Source of the DNA: Acidobacteriota bacterium
GTDB lineage: Bacteria > Acidobacteriota > Terriglobia > Versatilivoradales > Versatilivoraceae
Reading direction: 5' to 3'
Assembly: GCA_022821775.1 (NCBI GenBank)
Contig: JAJECY010000307.1
Span: 1-60,309 of the forward strand
Length of the DNA stretch: 60,309 bases
Shown in pieces: positions 1 to 7,753 of this stretch. The position numbers and the translations under genes were made by a program. The notes beneath the pieces are model-generated. The model searched no databases, was not told the origin of the DNA, and saw nothing but the letters and a program-made list of their open reading frames with translations. Each line of letters opens with the position of its first letter. Within the stretch, counting starts at the first letter, position 1.

Positions 1-222
1 GTAACCATGGCGGAGGAAGACAAGCTGGTGGTCCCGGCCAAGGGCTTCAAGCAGATCAACCAGGTCCTGAAGCACGCCCCGGGAATCACCCAGGGCTACA
101 TCCGGATCCGCAAGGCAATGGGAACCAGCCCCAACCCCTACCTGGCCTACGGGGTGGTCAACGACGGCGGGGCCCCCGGTGAGAGGACCGGCGACGGCGC
201 TTATATCCCGGCCAGGCATTAG
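1..222 (+). CDS. 3' end of a large secreted protein carrying the shared C-terminal module (gene truncated by window edge)
   Basis: Tail QGYIRIRKAMGTSPNPYLAYGVVNDGGAPGERTGDGAYIP closely matches the tail of the LRR protein ending at 47234 (QGFVQVRKVSGNNPFVAYGVINDGGGPGERSGDGAYLP). Confidence 0.8.
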   Translation, partial: VTMAEEDKLVVPAKGFKQINQVLKHAPGITQGYIRIRKAMGTSPNPYLAYGVVNDGGAPGERTGDGAYIPARH

Positions 223-314
223 GACCCGGCAGCTCTCCGCGCTGCGACGGGCAAAGGAAGCATCATCGAGAACCGCTCAGTGCGCTTCTTCTGGGGCAGT
301 AGGGGAAGCAGGGG

Positions 315-1412
315 ATGTTGGCGTACGTAACTATAATGAATTCAATGCTGCCAGCCGATTGGGAGCCATGCTCACAAAGCGGCAGCTTTGAGAGAAGAGC
401 CTCACCAGGTATCGGGCCCGGCTTGTCCCGCATCGCCGCGACCACGGCCACCGTCGTTCTGGCGACCCTTGTTGCCCCCTTCGTATCCTTCGGGCAAGGC
501 GAGTGGCCGCCGGACCGCCATGTCCTGCGCACGTTCCACGAAGAGCACTGGCCAACCGGCCAGCAGTTCCTGGGCAGCCGGATCTGCCAGGACTGCCATC
601 CGGCCGTGTGGGAAAACTTTCCCCGCGATCCGCACTTCAGGTCGGTGGCCCTGGCGAACCGGCCCGCAGGGAGGACCGGCTGCGAGGGATGCCATGGCCC
701 GGCCGGCCTCCACGTCATTGACCCTGATAACGGGAAGATCGTGAAGTTTCCCGAAATCGAACCCAGCCAGGCCCAGGATGTTTGCCTTCGCTGCCACAGC
801 GAGGACATCGGCAAGATGCATATTCGCCGGTCGGCTCACCTGACCGGGGAAATCGGTTGCACGAGCTGCCATTCGATCCACAGCCCCCACGAGGCGGGTG
901 CGCTGCTTTTGGCCGAGCAGCGAAACGTCTGCTACGGCTGCCATCGGGAGATAGAAGCGCGCTTCAACATGCCGTTCAAGCACCGTGTCAACGAGGGGGC
1001 CATGGACTGCTCGGATTGCCACAATCCACACGGAGCCGCGCTCGCTACCTGGCGCACGGCGCACTTTCCGCGCATGGTTTCGCACGGTCTCGGGAATGAC
1101 ATTGCCTGCACCAAGTGCCATTCCGACAAGCGCGGTCCCTTTGTGCACGAGCACCCGCCCGTCCGAGTCGAGGGCTGCCAGGCATGCCACGATCCGCACG
1201 GCAGCACGAATCCACGCCTGCTGAACCGTCCTTCGGCCTTTACTCTGTGCCTGGAATGCCACAACGACGTTGGCGGGTTCGGCTTGCGCGCCGAAGGCAT
1301 CCGTTCGCCGAATCCGTGGTTCCACAACCTGGCGGACCCTGCGTTCCGGGACTGCGTCCTCTGTCACTCGCGGATCCACGGCTCGAACGCCGATCCGAAG
1401 TTTCGACGATGA
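315..1412 (+). CDS. DmsE/MtrA/PioA-family decaheme c-type cytochrome (true start probably downstream of 315)
   Basis: Ten CxxCH motifs (CQDCH, CEGCH, CLRCH, CTSCH, CYGCH, CSDCH, CTKCH, CQACH, CLECH, CVLCH), family-typical KRGPFVHEHPPV and CHSRIHGSN, and a hydrophobic signal-like segment. Confidence 0.92.
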   Translation: MLAYVTIMNSMLPADWEPCSQSGSFERRASPGIGPGLSRIAATTATVVLATLVAPFVSFGQGEWPPDRHVLRTFHEEHWPTGQQFLGSRICQDCHPAVWENFPRDPHFRSVALANRPAGRTGCEGCHGPAGLHVIDPDNGKIVKFPEIEPSQAQDVCLRCHSEDIGKMHIRRSAHLTGEIGCTSCHSIHSPHEAGALLLAEQRNVCYGCHREIEARFNMPFKHRVNEGAMDCSDCHNPHGAALATWRTAHFPRMVSHGLGNDIACTKCHSDKRGPFVHEHPPVRVEGCQACHDPHGSTNPRLLNRPSAFTLCLECHNDVGGFGLRAEGIRSPNPWFHNLADPAFRDCVLCHSRIHGSNADPKFRR

Positions 1413-3412
1413 GAAGGCACTGCCTCCCATTGCTGCTCCTCTGCCTCCCGGCGGCTGCCCAACAGCCGGTCGCCTATTGGGCCCAGGTTCCAGCTAGCAC
1501 CCGCGAGTTCAGCGGCTACAGCATCTTGAATTCCTTCGAATTCGGGTATCGATTCGCCAACGTCGGCGGGGACCATGACCTGTACCGGGCGAGCGTGAAT
1601 CTGGGCGATGGCTTGCGCTTGTTCCGCGGCAGGCTTCGCGTCAATTCCCTCGATGGCAAGGGAGGCGCATTGGACGAGTTCCGGCTGCGCTCGTCGGGAG
1701 CGGCGGGAGACCCGTACCAGGCACAGGTCATGCGGGTCGAGAAGAATGGCCTGTATCGGTACGACCTGCAGTACCGGCAAGTGAGGTACCACAATCGGTT
1801 GCCGTCGCTGTGGCGAGGCGAGCACGGCCTGACCGTGGAGCGCGCGATGCAAACTCATGACATCACGATCTTCCCCGGGTCGAACTTCGAGCTTCTGCTG
1901 GGCTACGACCGAAACGGACGGTCCGGGCCGGGCTTCGCGTCCGTGGGAACAACCGACAGTTTCGGCCTGCTCGAAGCGCGCAACTACCTTCGCTATCAAG
2001 CCGACCTGCGGCAATCCAACCAGCAGTACAGGGCCGGATTTACGGCGAACTTCCTGGGACTGGCCTTGACCGCGACGCACGCCGTCGACCATTACGAGGA
2101 GGAGGGGAGCCAGACCGACGCCTCCGCGCTTCCCTCCGCCACGTCGAACATCCAGCTTGTCGAGGACTTCACCCGCTCTCAGCCGTTTCGCGGGCGGACT
2201 CCGATCACGACGCTGGCTCTGCGGACCAGGAAGGACCGCGTCATTGGATTCAACTCCCGGTTTGTCTACGCCGGCGGCACGCGAAACTCCGCTCTGAAGG
2301 ACCACATCTCGGTGCCGGGTTCGGCAACGACGAAAGCCGGTTTCCGGGAGTCGTTCATCGTTGGCGATGCCAGCCGGAAGCAGAGTTCGGGCGAGGCCAC
2401 CATCGTGCTGCTGCCAACCCCGCGTTGGACAATCACCAACACCACGGCATTTCACAACACCCGCATCGATGGCGACGCGTCACTTGTAGAGATCGGCTTC
2501 TTCCGGAACGAATACCTGCGATTCAGCCACCTCGGAATTCGTCGCATTTCCAATGCAAGCGAGGCCAACTACAGAGCGCTGAAAGAAGTCAGCCTTTACG
2601 GCGCATACAGGTTCTCAACGAGAAGGGCAAGGTCTTCGGACGCCTTGCGATACCCGGATTTCGGATTCGGCCGGGAGTTGGCGCCCGTCGACAACAAGTT
2701 CCATTCCGGCGGGGCCGGCGTGCGCTGGCTGCCCGGGCGTAACCTTCGGGCTTCGTTCGACTTCGAGGTCGGCAGGGCTGACCGCCCCCTGACCCCGACG
2801 AACGAGCGGCGTTTACACAACCAGTCGGCTCGATTGCACTGGCGCGCGCGGGATTTCAGCGTCAGCGCCTATTTCAAGAATCGAGCTAACGACAACCCAA
2901 CCGAATTGCTGGCCTATAGCTCGAAGAGTCGCAGCCAGGGCGTTCATGCCTCATGGCTGCATCCGAAAACGGGCATGGTCCTGGACGCGGGCTACAGCTT
3001 GCTGAACATGGACGTCTCGACGGGAATCCTGGACCTGTTCGAATTCTCCGGCGAGCCCGAACGCTTGCGCAGCATCTACGCCAGCAGCATTCACAATTTG
3101 AACTTCGCGATTCGCGCGACTCCGGCGCAACGGGTGACACTAAACCTTGCCTACAACCTGACGAAGGACACGGGCGGCGGCGACTTCGACTCGGCATTCG
3201 CCGAGCGATCGGCGTTCTCGCTCGAAGGTGCGTACCTCATGACCAGCCTGCCGATGTCGTACCATTCGCCTCAGGTTCGTCTCTCGGTTGCGATGAAGGC
3301 GAACCTCGCGTGGAACTTCGGCTGGCAGTACTACGGCTATTCGGAGCGGATCGCCGGCATTCGCGGCTTTCGCTCGCATATCGGCTACACGAGCCTGACA
3401 GTCGGCTTTTGA
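1409..3412 (+). CDS. MtrB/PioB-like outer-membrane beta-barrel porin partner of the decaheme cytochrome
   Basis: ATGA overlap with the cytochrome stop; signal peptide MRRHCLPLLLLCLPAAA; amphipathic beta-strand pattern; C-terminal beta-signal YTSLTVGF. Confidence 0.8.
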   Translation: MRRHCLPLLLLCLPAAAQQPVAYWAQVPASTREFSGYSILNSFEFGYRFANVGGDHDLYRASVNLGDGLRLFRGRLRVNSLDGKGGALDEFRLRSSGAAGDPYQAQVMRVEKNGLYRYDLQYRQVRYHNRLPSLWRGEHGLTVERAMQTHDITIFPGSNFELLLGYDRNGRSGPGFASVGTTDSFGLLEARNYLRYQADLRQSNQQYRAGFTANFLGLALTATHAVDHYEEEGSQTDASALPSATSNIQLVEDFTRSQPFRGRTPITTLALRTRKDRVIGFNSRFVYAGGTRNSALKDHISVPGSATTKAGFRESFIVGDASRKQSSGEATIVLLPTPRWTITNTTAFHNTRIDGDASLVEIGFFRNEYLRFSHLGIRRISNASEANYRALKEVSLYGAYRFSTRRARSSDALRYPDFGFGRELAPVDNKFHSGGAGVRWLPGRNLRASFDFEVGRADRPLTPTNERRLHNQSARLHWRARDFSVSAYFKNRANDNPTELLAYSSKSRSQGVHASWLHPKTGMVLDAGYSLLNMDVSTGILDLFEFSGEPERLRSIYASSIHNLNFAIRATPAQRVTLNLAYNLTKDTGGGDFDSAFAERSAFSLEGAYLMTSLPMSYHSPQVRLSVAMKANLAWNFGWQYYGYSERIAGIRGFRSHIGYTSLTVGF

Positions 3413-3684
3413 CCCATGTCCGGGCTGAACGAGCCCGGGCGCTCCACTGGCCGGCTTGTTGACCTTGTTTCATGGGCCGGATTTCTCAATTTGTGGCTTA
3501 ATCCGATCTGTCCAGTTCCCCCATCGGGTCTATTCACGTCGTTGCGCGACCGTGGAAAATTCTTCGAAATTCCCACTTCCCCACGGCCTCGACGACGCCG
3601 ATTGTTTTCCGGCAGCAGACCACGACTCCGGCGTCCCTCAGGCTCTGGCCGGGTTCGATCGCCAGTCACTCCCTGATGAAGAGG

Positions 3685-3756
3685 TCCACCACGGGGAATG
3701 GCCCACTTCATCACCCTGCCGAGCCGTTGCCGCACTCGCCGGGCCGTCGCCGAGTC
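3685..3756 (-). pseudogene. Short relic of a P4-like tyrosine integrase central domain
   Basis: Minus-strand peptide ATARRVRQRLGRVMKWAI resembles the ETARRVRQRIGAVMKWA-type motif of phage integrases; no other integrase sequence nearby. Confidence 0.5.
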
Positions 3757-3829
3757 GCCGCTCAGGGGGCTTGGCTGCCTTGCCCGGAGATTTTTTCGTG
3801 TGCTAGCATCTTTTGTTCCGGAGTTGACC

Positions 3830-4693
3830 TTGACTGGCAAATTCACAGTAGCTTTGGCCCAGGTGTCACCCAAGTTGGGGCTGTTAAGCGAGAACCTGCA
3901 ACTTCATCTGGACACTATCCGCCGGGCACAATCGGAAGGGGCGGATCTGGTTGTTTTTCCGGAACTTTCCCTGACCGGGTATATTCTGCAGGACCTGGTG
4001 CCGGACGTCGCCATCGACCCGCTGAACGCTCCAAGTCTCCAGCCGCTGCTGCAGGGCTGCAAGGATATCGCCTGTGTTTTCGGCTTCGTGGAAGTCTCGG
4101 ATCGCTACAACTACTACAACGCCGCTGCATACGTATCCGAGGGCAGGATTCGACATGTGCACCGGAAGCTGTATCTGCCCACTTACGGCATGTTCGACGA
4201 GATGCGCTTTTTCGCCATGGGCGAGAGTTTGCGGACGGTGCCGACTCCCTTCGGGCCGTTGGGCTTGCTGATCTGTGAAGACCTCTGGCATCCCTCCACT
4301 CTTTACCTGCATGTCCAGGATGGAGCCCGGGTGGTGGTGACGCTCTCCTCCAGTCCCGGAAGGGGCGTGAGGACCAACGAAGGGTTCCAGACGTCTCAGG
4401 GATGGGAAACTCTGTTGAAGGCCTTGTCGCAGTTTTACACCGTTTACAACCTTTACGCCAATCGGGCCGGGATCGAGGATGGGGCCTACTTTCCAGGAGG
4501 ATCGATGGTTGTCAGTCCTGTTGGAGAGGTGGTAGCCCGGAGCCAAACCTCCGGAGAGGACCTGGTGCTGGCCGAACTGGACCTGGACGAGATCCGGCGG
4601 GCACGGCTATTCACCCCGGTCTTGAGGGATGAGCGCCTGGATCTGACCCTGAGGGAACTGACTCGAATTGTCCATCAGCGCTCCCAATCCTAG
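3830..4693 (+). CDS. Nitrilase-superfamily carbon-nitrogen hydrolase, likely glutaminase subunit of a two-subunit NAD synthetase
   Basis: E-K-C triad in FPELSLTGY, HRKLYLP and LICEDLW; directly upstream of nadE; GGAG precedes a TTG start at 3830. Confidence 0.85.
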   Translation: MTGKFTVALAQVSPKLGLLSENLQLHLDTIRRAQSEGADLVVFPELSLTGYILQDLVPDVAIDPLNAPSLQPLLQGCKDIACVFGFVEVSDRYNYYNAAAYVSEGRIRHVHRKLYLPTYGMFDEMRFFAMGESLRTVPTPFGPLGLLICEDLWHPSTLYLHVQDGARVVVTLSSSPGRGVRTNEGFQTSQGWETLLKALSQFYTVYNLYANRAGIEDGAYFPGGSMVVSPVGEVVARSQTSGEDLVLAELDLDEIRRARLFTPVLRDERLDLTLRELTRIVHQRSQS

Positions 4694-4724
4694 TCACGCG
4701 ATCACCGGATAGATCACGAAGGGA

Positions 4725-4853
4725 ATAGTGGCCAGTGGTTAGTTATTTTACCGACACGTTATGCAACTGAAACAAGCCTGTTTCACTCTCGTATGATCCG
4801 CCCGCCAGGGCGGGGGCACGGCTATCCACCAGCCACTATCCACTGACCACTGA
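4725..4853. repeat. Intergenic palindromic element with heptamer-repeat arms and internal hairpins
   Basis: Left arm atagtggccagtggttagt and right arm ccaccagccactatccactgaccactga are loosely inverted heptamer arrays; the interior has the hairpin tgaaaca-agcc-tgtttca and a 26-nt motif also found at 11795. Confidence 0.6.
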
Positions 4854-4863
4854 ATAAACGTCC

Positions 4864-5676
4864 ATGCAATTGAACTGCCCGCTGGTAAACCAGGTCCTGA
4901 AGGGCTTTATTCGAGACGAGCTGAGCAAGGCGGGATTTCACCGAGTGGTGGTCGGTCTGTCAGGCGGCATCGACTCGGCGGTCTCCTGCTTTCTGGCGGC
5001 CCGCGCCCTGGGTCCTGAAAATGTTCTGGCCGTCATGATGCCCTACAGGACCAGCAGTCCGGAGAGCCTCTCCGACGCTAGGGCGGTGGTCGAGGCGCTT
5101 GGAGTCAAGAGCGAGATCGTCGAGATCACGTCCATCGTGGACGGCTACTTCGAGGCGCAATCGCGGGCCAACTCCCTGCGCCGCGGCAATGCCATGGCCC
5201 GTGCCCGCATGATCGTCCTCTTCGACAAATCGATGGAGTTCAACGCCCTGGTGCTCGGCACCTCCAACAAGACGGAGCTGCTGCTCGGATACGGTACGCT
5301 TTTCGGAGACATGGCCTCCTCGATCAATCCGATCGGTGACCTTTACAAGGCCGATATCTTCAAGTTGGCCCGTTACCTGCAAGTCCCGCAGTCCATTCTC
5401 GACAAGAAGCCCACGGCCGATCTCTGGGCGGGACAGTCGGACGAAGATGAGCTGGGTTTCACCTATGCCGAAGTGGATGAACTCCTGCACGAGCTCATCG
5501 ACCGCCGCGTCTCCCGGCGAGAGTTGTTGGAAAAGGGCTTCAAAAGGGACTTTGTCCAACTGGTCGTCAACAAGATCCGAGGCTCCCAGTTCAAGCGGCG
5601 CGGGCCAGTGGTATGCAAGCTGTCACCCCGATCCGTCAGTCACGACTTTCACTATCTCCGAGACTGGGGGATGTAA
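4864..5676 (+). CDS. nadE: NAD+ synthetase (synthetase domain only)
   Basis: GLSGGIDSAV ATP-binding loop, NAMARARM, GTSNKTE, GYGTLFGD, PIGDLYK, PTADLW. Confidence 0.95.
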   Translation: MQLNCPLVNQVLKGFIRDELSKAGFHRVVVGLSGGIDSAVSCFLAARALGPENVLAVMMPYRTSSPESLSDARAVVEALGVKSEIVEITSIVDGYFEAQSRANSLRRGNAMARARMIVLFDKSMEFNALVLGTSNKTELLLGYGTLFGDMASSINPIGDLYKADIFKLARYLQVPQSILDKKPTADLWAGQSDEDELGFTYAEVDELLHELIDRRVSRRELLEKGFKRDFVQLVVNKIRGSQFKRRGPVVCKLSPRSVSHDFHYLRDWGM

Positions 5677-5690
5677 CCTCCCGGCGACTT

Positions 5691-6545
5691 ATGGCAGGAA
5701 CACTCTTCGTGGTAGCCACACCGATCGGGAACCTGGAAGATATTACCTTGCGCGCACTGCGCATCCTTCGTGAAGCTGACCTCATCGCCTGCGAGGACAC
5801 CCGCCACACCAGAAAACTGCTGGCCCACTACCAGATCACGACTCCGACCTCCAGCTACCACGAACACAATGAGCAACAGCGAACCGGTTGGTTGCTGGAA
5901 CGGCTGGAATCGGGAACGGACATCGCCCTGGTCAGCGACGCGGGAACGCCATCCATCTCCGATCCGGGATATCGCCTGGTTCGGGCCGCCCTGGAGCACG
6001 GCGTCCGCGTTTCTCCAATCCCCGGAGCCTGCGCGATCATTTCCGCCCTGAGCATCTCGGGGAGACCCACCGATTCCTTTGCGTTTCTGGGATTTCTTCC
6101 CGGCAGGAAAGTGGCGCGGCGCAATCGGCTGCGAGCCTTGCGGTCGGAATCCCGGACGCTGCTCTTCTTCGAATCTCCACTGAGGCTGGCATCCACCCTG
6201 AGCGACATCGACGAGATTCTGGATTCACGTGAGGTAACCGTCGCCCGGGAGATGACCAAGGTTCACGAGCAACTGGTCACGGGAACGGCGGCCGAGCTGG
6301 CCTCCCTCTTCCGAAGCCGACGCCCAAAGGGAGAGGCGGTGGTGGTCGTGGAAAAGGCATCGCCAGAGGCAGCCGCCGAGGCGGTCAGCGACCGGGAACT
6401 GGATCTTCGTTTCGAGGGACTGGTGGACCGGGGTCTTTCCAGGAAGGATGCCATCAAGCAGTTGGCCAAGGAGTTGGCTTCTCCGAAGCGGGAGCTCTAC
6501 CTTCGCCTGCTCCGGGAGAAAGAGCCTGTGGATGGGAAACGGTAA
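5691..6545 (+). CDS. rsmI: 16S rRNA (cytidine1402-2'-O)-methyltransferase
   Basis: LFVVATPIGNLEDITLRA, ACEDTR, LVSDAGTPSISDPG, FFESP, AREMTKVHE. Confidence 0.95.
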   Translation: MAGTLFVVATPIGNLEDITLRALRILREADLIACEDTRHTRKLLAHYQITTPTSSYHEHNEQQRTGWLLERLESGTDIALVSDAGTPSISDPGYRLVRAALEHGVRVSPIPGACAIISALSISGRPTDSFAFLGFLPGRKVARRNRLRALRSESRTLLFFESPLRLASTLSDIDEILDSREVTVAREMTKVHEQLVTGTAAELASLFRSRRPKGEAVVVVEKASPEAAAEAVSDRELDLRFEGLVDRGLSRKDAIKQLAKELASPKRELYLRLLREKEPVDGKR

Positions 6546-6583
6546 CAACCACACAGTTGGACGAAGGAAGAAAGGAAAGAGAG

Positions 6584-7753
6584 ATGATGGAAAAACTGGC
6601 TAGCCGCATGGGGAGGCTGGGAACGGAAACGGCTTTCGACGTCCTGGTAAAGGCCAAGGCGCTGGAAGCGAAGGGACGCAGCGTGGTTCACCTGGAACTG
6701 GGTGAACCGGACTTCGATACCCCCTCGAACGTGATCCGGGCCGCCAGTACCGCCATGGAGGAAGGATACACCCATTACTGCGCTTCGGCGGGCCTGGTGG
6801 AACTGCGGGAAGCCATTGCCGACCACGTGGGGCAAACTCGCTCGGTAAGCATCGATCCGGACTGGGTCGTCGTCACGCCGGGAGCCAAGCCCATCATGTT
6901 CTTTCTGATCCTGGCCCTGGTGGAGGAAGGCGACGAAGTCATCTACCCGAACCCGGGCTTTCCCATCTACGAGTCCATGATCCGCTTTTGCGGGGGAACC
7001 CCGGTCCCCTTGCCCTTGCTGGAGGAGTTCGAGTTCCGTTTCGACCCCGAGCAACTCGAGTCCAAAGTCTCGTCCAGAACCAAGTTGATCATTATCAACT
7101 CCCCGCAAAACCCGACCGGAGGACTGCTGACGGAGAACGACCTGGCAACCGTCGCGGATCTGGCCACCCGGCATGACATCACCGTTCTATCGGATGAAAT
7201 CTACTCCTGCATCATCTACGAAGGAGAGCATCACAGTATCACCTCGATTCCGGGGATGATGGACCGCACCGTCATCCTGGACGGGTTCTCCAAGACCTTC
7301 GCCATGACCGGGTGGCGGCTCGGATACGGCATCATGAGGCCGGAACTGCAGACCCATATCTCAAAGCTGGCGACCAACAGCGTTTCCTGCACGGCGCCTT
7401 TTGCCCAGCGGGCGGGGCTGGAAGCATTGGCCAACGCCGAGGGCGCCACGGCTTCGATGGTGGCGGAATTTCGCAAGCGCAGGGACTTTCTGGTCGAGGC
7501 GCTGAATCGAATACCGGGAATGAGCTGCCTGAACCCTCCTGGAGCCTTCTACGTATTCCCCAACGTTCGCTCCTTCGGCAAAAGCAGCGACGAAATTGCC
7601 GACTATCTGTTGCAGGAAGCCGGTGTGGCCCTGCTCTCGGGAACAGCCTTCGGAGCCTTTGGAGAAGGCTACCTCAGACTCTCCTACGCAACATCCATGG
7701 AAAACCTTGCCGAGGGTAGCCAACGGATAGCAGAGGGTCTGGCGGGATTCTGA
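6584..7753 (+). CDS. PLP-dependent aminotransferase class I/II (aspartate aminotransferase-like)
   Basis: GEPDFDTP, NSPQNPTG, SDEIY, and PLP-lysine motif GFSKTFAMTGWRLG. Confidence 0.92.
   Translation: MMEKLASRMGRLGTETAFDVLVKAKALEAKGRSVVHLELGEPDFDTPSNVIRAASTAMEEGYTHYCASAGLVELREAIADHVGQTRSVSIDPDWVVVTPGAKPIMFFLILALVEEGDEVIYPNPGFPIYESMIRFCGGTPVPLPLLEEFEFRFDPEQLESKVSSRTKLIIINSPQNPTGGLLTENDLATVADLATRHDITVLSDEIYSCIIYEGEHHSITSIPGMMDRTVILDGFSKTFAMTGWRLGYGIMRPELQTHISKLATNSVSCTAPFAQRAGLEALANAEGATASMVAEFRKRRDFLVEALNRIPGMSCLNPPGAFYVFPNVRSFGKSSDEIADYLLQEAGVALLSGTAFGAFGEGYLRLSYATSMENLAEGSQRIAEGLAGF

Noticed and set aside
1115-1408. 765-aa version of the porin ORF
   Set aside because: It overlaps the cytochrome gene; the signal peptide and ATGA coupling point to a start at 1409.
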